Part shown: piece after piece, positions 41,648-50,597 of the stretch
Numbering within the stretch: the first letter of the stretch is position 1
Layout: the number at the start of each line of letters is the position of its first letter
From: a virus
Taxonomy: Duplodnaviria > Caudoviricetes
Virus record (IMG/VR): IMGVR_UViG_3300028048_000045
Coordinates: 160,001-224,000 of that record
Length of the DNA stretch: 64,000 bases
Reading direction: 5' to 3' (one strand)
Program-made: the position numbers and the translations under genes
The notes under the pieces: model-generated
Databases searched by the model: none
What the model saw: the letters and a program-made list of their open reading frames with translations, nothing else
Told to the model about the DNA's origin: nothing

Positions 41648-41974
41648 CTAGCGACTGTACCGGGCAGGATCATAACCCTGTTTTTCAAACAGGACTGGAT
41701 CCCACTTTGCAGCTCGTCTATAAAGCACGAGCTCACTGATTCCGGTTCCTCGATATTTATCGAGGATATCACGGCAGTGCATACCTGCCCTAAAGTCAGC
41801 TTCAATAGATACCCAATCCGGCTTCTTTCTAGTCGGATCTCCAGCAATAATATTTATGCCATTTTTCTTAGCATAAATCTTGAGTGCAGCATAACTGCAT
41901 CCAATTTCTTTAGCTATCTCACTGAGTGGTTTACTCCAATCAGCGAGCTCATAATGAACACTGTTCTTTGCCAT
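41648..41974 (-). CDS. helix-turn-helix DNA-binding protein
   Basis: PLSEIAKEIGCSYAALKIY HTH and a second HTH-like segment; GC visibly higher than flanks. Confidence 0.7.
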   Translation of the reverse strand: MAKNSVHYELADWSKPLSEIAKEIGCSYAALKIYAKKNGINIIAGDPTRKKPDWVSIEADFRAGMHCRDILDKYRGTGISELVLYRRAAKWDPVLFEKQGYDPARYSR

Positions 41975-42086
41975 ATTTTCCTCCTTATAGCATAAATATA
42001 ATATATTAAAATGGAATATTATTTTACAAAATTCGTTTATTAAACATCTCAATATATCTTAATAAAAAGGGAGGTGATAGTTAATT

Positions 42087-43349
42087 ATGAGTATCCAATT
42101 TAATGATGGACAGCTTCAAGCCATTAAGAAAGCAATCAAATGGTACTTTGTTGATAGTTTTACTCAACAAGTATTTGCTCTTGGTGGCTTGGCTTGAAAA
42201 TCAATTCGAATTGAATAATAAATAATTATCAATCGAGCCGGAACTGGAAAATCCACAACAGTAAATACTATAATTAAGATGTTAGGTATACCAATTAATG
42301 ATGTAATATTTGCAACTTTAACAGCTAAAGCATCATTAGTTCTACGTCTTAAAGGAAACCCCTCTAATACTATTCATAAAACGTTTTATACAGTTTATAA
42401 AAAAGGAAATTCGTTTTTATTCAATAAAAAACATAGAATTCCTTCAAATATAAGATTAATTGTAATAGATGAAGCTTCAATGGTTAATGAAGCTATGCTC
42501 AATGATATACTTTCATTTGGTTTACCGACTATGTTACTTATGGATCCTGGTCAGGTTCCACCTGTTTTTGGTACAAATAAGTATGTTGAAGATCCGAATA
42601 ATCTGGATGTTTTCTTAACACAAGTTATGAGACAGTCTGACGAATCTGGTATTCTTGATCTTGCTATGAAAGCTCGTAATGGTGAACCACTCCCTATGGG
42701 ATATTGTAAAAACTCATTAGTAACAACATTTGATAAAGTACAAGATCATCTTGGAGATTATTCGGTTATTTTATGTTATGCTAATAAAACACGTCGTATA
42801 TTAAATCAAATGGTTAGAGAACAAAAAGGCTATAAATCCATTTATCCTCAAAAAGGTGAAAAAGTTTTATGTCTTTTAAATAACTATAATTATGAACTAG
42901 AATATAATGACGTTCCTATTTATCTAATTAATGGATTAACGGGGTATGTTAAAGAAGATTCCTTTATAGAAGATAAAAACGATATGGAATTATTAAATCT
43001 TAAATTTACTCCAGATTTCTTAATGGACTGTGGAGATCCTAATATGGTTTTTAATTCTGTATGTTTTAGAGAAATATTCGAACAGTATCAGAAAGATCCT
43101 AGTAAAGAAGCATTTATTGAAGAGCTATATAATAATGAACTTGAAGATGATGCTCTTGGTGAAGTTGGTATGATTGATTTTGGTTATGCGTTCACCGTAC
43201 ATAAAAGTCAAGGTTCTGAATACGAACATCCATTAGTAGTAATGGATATACAAGATAGACCCGTAACAGAGTTATTTTATAGTAAATTTTTGTACACAAG
43301 TTTGACCAGAGGAAAAAAAGCCGTTACTGTAGCTTTTATGCATGATTAA
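42087..43349 (+). CDS. Dda/RecD-like SF1B helicase interrupted by a 45-nt insertion in Walker A
   Basis: ATG 42087 with GGAGGTG RBS gives MSIQFNDGQLQAI...LGGLA, then TGA; the same frame resumes AGTGKSTT. Later motifs: TIHK, IDEASM, DPGQVPPV, VMRQ, YAFTVHKSQGSEY, YTSLTR. Confidence 0.9.
42195..42239 (+). other. candidate translational-bypass (hop) element or mini-intron
   Basis: 45 nt with in-frame TGA, TAA, TAA; bounded by Ala codons GCT and GCC; ends can pair (GGCTTGA/TCGAGCC). Confidence 0.7.
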
Positions 43350-43386
43350 AACGAAAAAAATAGGGAGTTTCTCTCCCTATTTTTTT

Positions 43387-44169
43387 TTATTCTTCATTTG
43401 TAGGAAATATATATTCTGTATCACCTATAGTTTTTACAATCCCATTATCTAATAATATTTCATCACCCATATTTTCATATTGATTTAAAATATTCAAATT
43501 TTCATATTCTTCTTGTGTTATGTATTCAAATCTATACCCTTTACTATGCCCACAAACATTTTTAAAGGCAGTTTCTACAAACCACGTATTAAATCCGTGA
43601 TCTCTACACCAAGCACACGCACAACGTGCATATTCTGTAGACCCATTCGGATATATAACTTTCAAAAACTTATTATCAGACTTATTTTTATACTGATCTT
43701 TATAATAAACCCATCTACAATTATCTTTAGTATAACTTTTATCATTATCTATTCTATCTAGTGAGATTTCATTGACTGGATATTTCTTTCTCATTTCTAC
43801 CCATGATGTATATAAAGCATCGTAAAAATCTATAAAATACTTAAATTCATCACTATTAATACCTCTATTAACATAACGATCAGCTTCTTTTTTCTTAGTA
43901 TTAGTAGTTCTATCTCTCATATTTCGCCATCTATTAAAGAATATCGGATCACTCATATGGTTGAAATGATCACAATCTTTATGGAACATACCTTCTAATC
44001 TAAGAACCACATATCGTGCTCGTAGTTTTTCTCTACCACATTTAACACATTTCATTCTATATACTGTGATTTGTTTATTCTTTAAAGGATTTCTAGAATC
44101 TGTCCAAGGTATAATTTCGACACATTTCATATCACCGTAAATATCACCAATATTGATTTCATTTGTCAT
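43387..44169 (-). CDS. free-standing HNH homing endonuclease
   Basis: CVKCG, WRNMRDR, Y..RGI, SLDRIDNDKSYTKDNCRW motifs. Confidence 0.85.
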   Translation of the reverse strand: MTNEINIGDIYGDMKCVEIIPWTDSRNPLKNKQITVYRMKCVKCGREKLRARYVVLRLEGMFHKDCDHFNHMSDPIFFNRWRNMRDRTTNTKKKEADRYVNRGINSDEFKYFIDFYDALYTSWVEMRKKYPVNEISLDRIDNDKSYTKDNCRWVYYKDQYKNKSDNKFLKVIYPNGSTEYARCACAWCRDHGFNTWFVETAFKNVCGHSKGYRFEYITQEEYENLNILNQYENMGDEILLDNGIVKTIGDTEYIFPTNEE

Positions 44170-44221
44170 AAGTTAAAATACCTCCTTACAAATATTATGA
44201 ATAAAATATATAACTATAAAA

Positions 44222-44292
44222 GAAAAGCAGTTACAGTAGCATTTTTAGAATAATATTAAAAAAAATAGGGAGAAAAACTCCCTATTTTTTTT
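44222..44292 (+). repeat. degenerate duplicate of the helicase 3' end and its terminator
   Basis: Encodes KAVTVAFLE* versus KAVTVAFMHD* at about 43317-43349; both are followed by an ATAGGGAG...CTCCCTAT hairpin. Confidence 0.8.
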
Positions 44293-44765
44293 TATAATAA
44301 ATAAAATTTATTAGTAGTATAAATGGTTTTCATTTCTTCATCTATTAAAGATTTCATATTAGTTATTTTTATGAAATATTCAACAAAATTTCTAATATAA
44401 TGTTTATCATATTTTAAACTATATAACGGTGAAATAAGTATTTCTCTACAATAATCATTAAGATTTACAGTCCAAATATTTTTGATATTTTCAGATCCAT
44501 CAATATCATCGAATAGTTTAAGTAAATAATCTAAACGATTCATTAAAATTCTATATTGATTGAATTGATACTTTACGGATTTCTCATCAAAATGTTGATA
44601 TTTTGTATTTCTAAAATATTTTTGTGCTTCTATTAAAAAACGTATACATTTCTTCTTGTATTTTTTCGTTATATTAGATGAACTAGAAAGAACTATATTG
44701 TAAATAAACAATGTTCTTTCAATCAACAAACTTAGTATAAATCTTTTATATTTACATTTATACAT
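44292..44765 (-). CDS. hypothetical protein
   Basis: 157-aa ORF. Confidence 0.55.
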   Translation of the reverse strand: MYKCKYKRFILSLLIERTLFIYNIVLSSSSNITKKYKKKCIRFLIEAQKYFRNTKYQHFDEKSVKYQFNQYRILMNRLDYLLKLFDDIDGSENIKNIWTVNLNDYCREILISPLYSLKYDKHYIRNFVEYFIKITNMKSLIDEEMKTIYTTNKFYLL

Positions 44766-44786
44766 TAGACGGTCTCCATTTTAATA

Positions 44787-45449
44787 TTAGATATTTTCAA
44801 AGAAGTATTTATCGAATATTCGCTGAGTCTTTTTATCAACTTCGAGTTTAAATTCTGAATTTATAAATTCATCATAAGTCATGGTTTTAGATTTAGGTTT
44901 AATAATATTATCATAAATATAATTGTTTATACAACTGATAATATATTGAGAAGGAGTAATATTTTTATTATTGACAACTCGTTTAAAGATTTTATTTTTA
45001 TTAATGGACCAATCATATTTAAAATCTTTAAATATCTGACTTTTTATAATTTGCAAATAATCAGTAACAAATTCTTCATCATTTTCCGAACCATAAATAA
45101 AATGATCAATATCCATTGAATAATTGAAAAATTTATCAGCGACTTTAAATTTAACAACTTTCAATCTAGTTCCAGCATAATCTTCTCTATGTAATTTAAT
45201 ACATGCTATTATATAACAATTTTTCATGCCAGCAGTTACTAATTCGTATCGTTTTTCAATAATTTTGATTTCAACTTCGGTTTTATCTTCTTCAAAATAC
45301 GACTTTAATTCATCATATTCATAATTTAAAATACCTTCCATAAGATTTACGAAATATCTTACAAATCGTCTAGCATCTATAAGTTCAGATATAAAAGCAG
45401 CGTTTTCTCTTTCTTTTAATTTCTCATCTAACGAATATTTGTTTACCAT
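44787..45449 (-). CDS. hypothetical protein
   Basis: 220 aa, GAGG RBS. Confidence 0.65.
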   Translation of the reverse strand: MVNKYSLDEKLKERENAAFISELIDARRFVRYFVNLMEGILNYEYDELKSYFEEDKTEVEIKIIEKRYELVTAGMKNCYIIACIKLHREDYAGTRLKVVKFKVADKFFNYSMDIDHFIYGSENDEEFVTDYLQIIKSQIFKDFKYDWSINKNKIFKRVVNNKNITPSQYIISCINNYIYDNIIKPKSKTMTYDEFINSEFKLEVDKKTQRIFDKYFFENI

Positions 45450-45528
45450 AATTTTACCTCACTTAATATATTTAAATATAATTAAACTAATAAAAAAAGA
45501 AAGGAGAATGAATCTCCTTTCTTTTTTC

Positions 45529-45801
45529 TTAAGCAGCCATCAGGATAGAGTAAGTTGATGGTGATAATTCTTCACCATACTTCTCTTCCATATCATAGGG
45601 ATGAGTCCTATAAAGCTGTTTAATGTCGAGGTACATTTCAGATGCACCTCCGAATGCCCATCCAAATTTTTGGATATAGCTGCTAACTAATTTCTCTATG
45701 AATTTTTTATTCATAAAGAACCAGCTAATAATCTTTTCATCATCAAGTTCATTCTCCTCAATATGAAGATTATTTATAGTTTTTGTAAGATCGATAATCA
45801 T
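45529..45801 (-). CDS. hypothetical early protein
   Basis: 90 aa with own promoter cassette and terminator. Confidence 0.65.
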   Translation of the reverse strand: MIIDLTKTINNLHIEENELDDEKIISWFFMNKKFIEKLVSSYIQKFGWAFGGASEMYLDIKQLYRTHPYDMEEKYGEELSPSTYSILMAA

Positions 45802-45937
45802 AATAATTTCTCCTCGATTATAAGGAGATTTGATTTATTTTAACTTTTTTATATTCTCCTTATTCATTATTATAATATATCAACTAACATAGACCTTTTG
45901 CAAAATATAGGAACCTGGGAAATAATCCCAGGTTCCC

Positions 45938-46075
45938 GTTCGTAATAGATATGCTCCCACGAGAACTATTGATGTTATCGCATTCTCCGTGATCTGGAAC
46001 TTTCACCGTTTCCTCACGTCGGTAACCACACGTGCCGGATCACAACGGAAATAAATCCGTAAAAGGCAACCCGAG
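45938..46075 (-). ncRNA. putative multi-stem structured RNA 3' of a tRNA-like gene
   Basis: GC-rich non-coding block with nested stems (45989-97/46035-43, 46015-19/46030-34, 46045-49/46056-60, 45961-65/45983-87), followed by a terminator at 45911-45935. Confidence 0.45.
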
Positions 46076-46077
46076 AT

Positions 46078-46147
46078 TGGTGAGAGTAGGATTCGAACCT
46101 ACAATTTATATAGATAAGTAAATCTATATCCTAATAATTTACTCACC
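46078..46147 (-). tRNA. tRNA-like gene or pseudo-tRNA, anticodon unassignable
   Basis: Acceptor GGTGAG/CTCACC and canonical T arm GTAGG-TTCGAAT-CCTAC; no D stem; non-7-nt anticodon loop. Confidence 0.5.
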
Positions 46148-46320
46148 TAAGAAATATATAATAAACATCTATAATTAGATGGAAGAAAAATAAATGCACA
46201 ATGTACGACATTAGTGCTGGAGAATTTAATGTTTTTTAAGAGAGGTTTATGCAAAATTACAAAGTTTGATGCATTTTTTGTCAACTAGACCAGAGAGAGT
46301 GTTATATGTGACAAATTAGA

Positions 46321-46409
46321 CGGAGCGTGAAAGATTCGAACTTTCGGAAACCTTACGGAATCGGTAGTTTTCAAGACTACTGCACTCAGCCGGACTATGC
46401 GAACGCTCC
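46321..46409 (-). tRNA. tRNA-Ser (anticodon UGA)
   Basis: GGAGCGT/ACGCTCC acceptor, GTAGT-CTTGAAA-ACTAC anticodon arm, long variable arm, TTCGAAT T loop, G discriminator. Confidence 0.92.
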
Positions 46410-46571
46410 AAATAAATTTGAAATCCTACATTTAACTGAATAAATTCAGTAAATTTTTTAAATGGTTAAGAAACATTAATAAATGATCGGAACCGATTTA
46501 ACTTTTCAATGTATTTTATTCATACTCCCGTCAGAGATAAGACTACGGGGATACGAGATTTCAAATTAATA

Positions 46572-46644
46572 CGTCTCTTCTAGGACTCGAACCTAGGACC
46601 AATAGATTAACAATCTACCCTTCTACCAACTGAAGTAAAGAGAC
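46572..46644 (-). tRNA. tRNA-Asn (anticodon GUU)
   Basis: GTCTCTT/AAGAGAC acceptor, CTTC/GAAG D stem, GTAGA-TTGTTAA-TCTAT anticodon arm, CTAGG-TTCGAGT-CCTAG T arm. Confidence 0.92.
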
Positions 46645-46656
46645 ATAAAAATAAAG

Positions 46657-46746
46657 CGGGTGAGGTGGGATTCGAACCGCACGCCGTTTTCAGACTAGCA
46701 TAAGCAGAATCTGAAGCACTGCACACCAAACACAGTTTGCTCACCC
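46657..46746 (-). tRNA. atypical long-variable-arm tRNA-like gene, possible UCA anticodon
   Basis: GGGTGAG/CTCACCC acceptor, G discriminator, TTCGAAT T loop with bulged stem, GCAGTG-CTTCAGA-TTCTGC arm. Confidence 0.5.
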
Positions 46747-47128
46747 ATATATGTTTAATACATTACTTTGTGGTAATGTATGTAGAAAATTATTATTCCG
46801 AAAGCATACAATTTCAATCAATTACTATCATAAAATGCTGAAATTCGGAATAAGATTGTGAATTTAATATACTTAATTAAAAACGCGTTATTTTCTCACA
46901 AGTATATCTATATGTTATAATATTTTTATAAAAAATGCACATTTTTAAACATATTTTTAAATAATTTAATCATTTTTATAGTATTTAAAACTAAAAATCA
47001 ATTATTTTTAAACTATTGTACTTTACTACATTATAAAATAAATATTTAATTTTTAAAAAATAGATATCTTAAAAATCAATAAATAGTTATTTTGTTTCAT
47101 ATAAATTTATATATTACTCTTTAAATTT

Positions 47129-47515
47129 ATGGAGGATTTAATACTTATGTGTAATGATTTAGTATGTGAAATTACAGAATATATGGATAAATTTAGAGAT
47201 CCTAAACAATGTAATTTGGAATATATGATTACATATATTCTTACAAAAGATGGTAAACCTGAAATAGGAACTTATAACAATGATAAAGATAATGAAAAAT
47301 ATTATTTTTGGTATTTAAGAATTCCTGGTTATACCTGTGCTAATGTAGTTTTCAATAGAAAAGATGATACCGTTGATGAGATTATATTAACAAGACGTGG
47401 TGGAGCTTTTTCTGATGGAATGGAAACAATGTATTTAAATCCAGATAAACTAGAAAAAGAATTAAATAAAATGTTTAAAGGAAAGAAGGTAAACTATTAT
47501 GAACGAAAAGACTAA
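47129..47515 (+). CDS. hypothetical protein
   Basis: First gene of a plus-strand cluster; TATATTAC upstream; true start may be the second Met. Confidence 0.65.
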   Translation: MEDLILMCNDLVCEITEYMDKFRDPKQCNLEYMITYILTKDGKPEIGTYNNDKDNEKYYFWYLRIPGYTCANVVFNRKDDTVDEIILTRRGGAFSDGMETMYLNPDKLEKELNKMFKGKKVNYYERKD

Positions 47516-47810
47516 TGAAGAAAAAATAATTTACTTAGTAACTATCCATTTAACAGAATTAGTATTTATAACTAAGGCTAAAAATGAAAAAGAAGCTAAA
47601 ATTTTTGTAGCTCACCATTTAACTAATAATAAATCTATTTATAAAAATTTAACAGATATTATAAATACACGCAATTACTTAGATTATTTTACAGCAATAC
47701 AATTATCAACTGTTACAAGAATTACGGAAAATACTACAGAAGGAAATGTAACAAATGTAGCTAGAATGATTTATGATCTTGATACAACCGATAATTTAAG
47801 GAGGTTTTGA
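47499..47810 (+). CDS. hypothetical protein
   Basis: 103 aa, overlapping operon arrangement. Confidence 0.6.
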   Translation: MNEKTNEEKIIYLVTIHLTELVFITKAKNEKEAKIFVAHHLTNNKSIYKNLTDIINTRNYLDYFTAIQLSTVTRITENTTEGNVTNVARMIYDLDTTDNLRRF

Positions 47811-47811
47811 A

Positions 47812-48372
47812 ATGACGTACGATCATCATGTTGATGAATTATATGAAAAATATAAATATTACGGTTTTGATGAAGATGTAACCACATTACAATTAATAAA
47901 ACCTGTATATGATCAACCAACTAATATGATTAAAACTAAAATACAACTTTTTAATCATTGTAAATTTGAAGGGTTTTATTTAATCAGATTTCGTTCAGAA
48001 TTCTTAAATGAATTAAAAGAAACTATGATATTCTTTGGAAAAGCTCATAGAACGTTACAAGATAATCTATTCATTATATACTATCATTTAAATTTTGGAT
48101 ATCCACAAACATCTTATAATGAAGTAAAAAAAGTAATAGATGAATATTGTTCTATATATGACGATTTTCAAAAAATTAAGTTTATACAAAGATTACCAGA
48201 ATTAACAATTTGTAAACATGAAGATATTGTTTATATGTTACCTATTGTAGATATTAGATTATCTAAATCGGAATATAAATTACTTGAAAAGTTTTTACTA
48301 AAACAATTAAAACTAGAAAATATTAAAAGAATAGAGTATTATCCTAAAAGAGGATTTTTAAGGAGGATTTAA
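47812..48372 (+). CDS. hypothetical protein
   Basis: 186 aa, GGAGG RBS. Confidence 0.65.
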   Translation: MTYDHHVDELYEKYKYYGFDEDVTTLQLIKPVYDQPTNMIKTKIQLFNHCKFEGFYLIRFRSEFLNELKETMIFFGKAHRTLQDNLFIIYYHLNFGYPQTSYNEVKKVIDEYCSIYDDFQKIKFIQRLPELTICKHEDIVYMLPIVDIRLSKSEYKLLEKFLLKQLKLENIKRIEYYPKRGFLRRI

Positions 48373-48377
48373 ATCAT

Positions 48378-48701
48378 ATGGCTGTAAAATTTAGAAATGG
48401 TGAACACCACCGTAATCCATCAGGTTTTTACAATAAAGTAAAATATTTACTTAGAGAAAGTAAAAGAGATCCTGGAAAATTATATCAATTATTCGGAGAT
48501 ATTTCTTATCATAGAAATGGAGTTGATAATAGATATTTCAATACGATTAGAAACTCGTGGGAATTTGCTTATATAGTAGCTAAAGAAATGATTAAAGATA
48601 ATGTTGATAATCCAAAAGACTATTTAATTTCTATGTATATTTGCGATAGAGAAAATAGAAAACCTTGGTATGATAGAATAGAATTTGTAAAAAAAAAATA
48701 A
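48378..48701 (+). CDS. hypothetical protein
   Basis: 107 aa, GGAGG RBS. Confidence 0.65.
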   Translation: MAVKFRNGEHHRNPSGFYNKVKYLLRESKRDPGKLYQLFGDISYHRNGVDNRYFNTIRNSWEFAYIVAKEMIKDNVDNPKDYLISMYICDRENRKPWYDRIEFVKKK

Positions 48702-48713
48702 GGAGGAAACTTT

Positions 48714-49361
48714 ATGGATGAAGAATATAATCCTGAAAAAGAATCATGGAATGATTACCAACAACGTATAATAGGAGGATATATGGCTATGAATATGGAT
48801 AAAGGCCTTTCGAAATATCTTATACATAAAGATAAAACTCCAAAAATAATATTATTATTCGAAACTATATTTTTATACATTAAAAATACTTTCGTAACCA
48901 TTAAATCGAAAATTTTAGATTTTGTTTCACTACATATTAATACTGTAACAATTAGACCAGCTGCAAGTATGATGACGATAACAGAATCAATGAGCCAATC
49001 TGCTAAGCTTAAAAACCTTAAGCAATTTGCAGAATGGGTGTATAAAAAATGGGCTTATTGGGATGGAGAATTTAACTGGGATTACTTAAATACTTGGTGT
49101 TATGATGATAATCCAGATAATCGTATAGGATGGAGAAAAACATACATAATTACAATTTCTTATCCATCACGTAATGAGTCATATCCGATAGCATTTACAG
49201 ACAAACCATTTTATAAATTAAAATCTAGTCTTTCAGACAATGAAGAAATTACACATAAATATCCTAAATTGTTACAACGTGTAGCAGAATTACAAACTAG
49301 AACAAGAGATGAATCTAAACTTTATCGAAAATATCAAACAGCTATATTCAATGAGGAGTAA
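48714..49361 (+). CDS. hypothetical protein
   Basis: 215 aa, GGAGG RBS. Confidence 0.65.
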   Translation: MDEEYNPEKESWNDYQQRIIGGYMAMNMDKGLSKYLIHKDKTPKIILLFETIFLYIKNTFVTIKSKILDFVSLHINTVTIRPAASMMTITESMSQSAKLKNLKQFAEWVYKKWAYWDGEFNWDYLNTWCYDDNPDNRIGWRKTYIITISYPSRNESYPIAFTDKPFYKLKSSLSDNEEITHKYPKLLQRVAELQTRTRDESKLYRKYQTAIFNEE

Positions 49362-49365
49362 AAAT

Positions 49366-50046
49366 ATGAAAAACTTTTTAGAATCAAAAAAAGGACGATC
49401 TGAAGAATTTCGGATACAAAATGAAATGAAAATTTGTCAACATTTTTCGAATGAAGAACGAAATAATGATAATTGTAAAATCTTATCATTGTTGAAAAAC
49501 GATTTACTTTATTCGTTGAATAAGGAGGAGGACAAATTAATTAAAAGAGCTATCTACGAAATATTAATTAGATATTCTACATTCTTCAATGAACCAGCTT
49601 CTACTAAATATCATGGTGCTTACAAAGGAGGATTAGTAGATCATTCATTAGCAGTGTATCTAGCAGCTATAAGAACATCATTCCATTATGGAATACAAGC
49701 AGATGAAGTTAATCCAATAACATGTTTATTCCATGACATTTGTAAAGTTGGTAAATATAAGCTTGTAAAGGATGATAAAAAAGGCGACAATGGATTCAAA
49801 TACATTTATAACAATGATTATAATGGAATTGAACATGGTGCTGAAAGTTTAAGACGTTTATTAAATATAGACGGTATTAAAGAAATGATATCAGAACCCT
49901 GGCAAATTGCTATCGCATATCATATGGGTGTATTTGGTGTTTCTAATACAGAGATGCAGAATTTTAGCACTATGAGTGAACGATATCCTGAAGTTTTACT
50001 TCTCCATCATGCTGACATGATTGCTACAAAAATCTACGATCTTTAA
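49366..50046 (+). CDS. HD-domain phosphohydrolase (YhaM/3'-5' nuclease-like)
   Basis: PASTKYHGAYKGGLVDHS, LFHDICK, HG..S, IAYHMG, LHHAD. Confidence 0.88.
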   Translation: MKNFLESKKGRSEEFRIQNEMKICQHFSNEERNNDNCKILSLLKNDLLYSLNKEEDKLIKRAIYEILIRYSTFFNEPASTKYHGAYKGGLVDHSLAVYLAAIRTSFHYGIQADEVNPITCLFHDICKVGKYKLVKDDKKGDNGFKYIYNNDYNGIEHGAESLRRLLNIDGIKEMISEPWQIAIAYHMGVFGVSNTEMQNFSTMSERYPEVLLLHHADMIATKIYDL

Positions 50047-50059
50047 AAAGGGGTTAAAG

Positions 50060-50314
50060 ATGAGTATAAGGAAAAATAAAATTTTATCAAATACTAATAT
50101 TAAATCTCTTAGATCTAAAAATTTATACATTATAAATGCTGAAAATCTAAATGATCAATTTTATAAATGTGTTCATGGGTTCTTTTATGTTGATCCTATT
50201 TATAATATATTTTATCATGAATGTAAACTTAAACAAAAAATGGTATATGAGATGTGTTTAAACTGTCCAAAGTTTAAAGAAAAGAAACCAATTAAACTTA
50301 AAAAAGGAGAATAA
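50060..50314 (+). CDS. small Cys-containing hypothetical protein
   Basis: C.H...C...CLNC. Confidence 0.5.
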   Translation: MSIRKNKILSNTNIKSLRSKNLYIINAENLNDQFYKCVHGFFYVDPIYNIFYHECKLKQKMVYEMCLNCPKFKEKKPIKLKKGE

Positions 50315-50318
50315 CCAT

Positions 50319-50564
50319 ATGTATTTATTAAAAATAAATAGACCAGATGATAATGTTTATTGTACAATAACTTATGATCGTGGACAAAAAGGTTATCGAT
50401 TTGTAAATCTATCACACAATCATATTTGTCCATGTGTTTTCAAAACTATAGATGAAGCTTTTAAAGACTTGGATAGAATGAAAAATGAAGGATCGGTTTT
50501 ATCATATAATGTGATTAGTCCATCTTTCAATATAGATTTTGTATTAAAACAGTTATTTGAATAA
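50319..50564 (+). CDS. hypothetical protein
   Basis: 81 aa, AAGGAG RBS, HICPC motif. Confidence 0.65.
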   Translation: MYLLKINRPDDNVYCTITYDRGQKGYRFVNLSHNHICPCVFKTIDEAFKDLDRMKNEGSVLSYNVISPSFNIDFVLKQLFE

Positions 50565-50597
50565 AAAATAAGGGGGAATCATATCCCCCTTATTTTT

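Noticed and set aside
42195-42239. Stop-codon readthrough, genetic-code reassignment or group I intron in the helicase
   Set aside because: The insert has TGA plus two TAA, and translating it would break the P-loop. TGA, TAG and TAA all end genes elsewhere in the window. 45 nt is far too short for a self-splicing intron.
42279-43349. Helicase starting at 42279 as in the ORF track
   Set aside because: It would lack Walker A; the strong RBS and the upstream Q-containing N-terminus belong to ATG 42087.
46920-47110. Replication origin in the extremely AT-rich strand-switch region
   Set aside because: No iterons or other support; adequately explained as a divergent promoter region.
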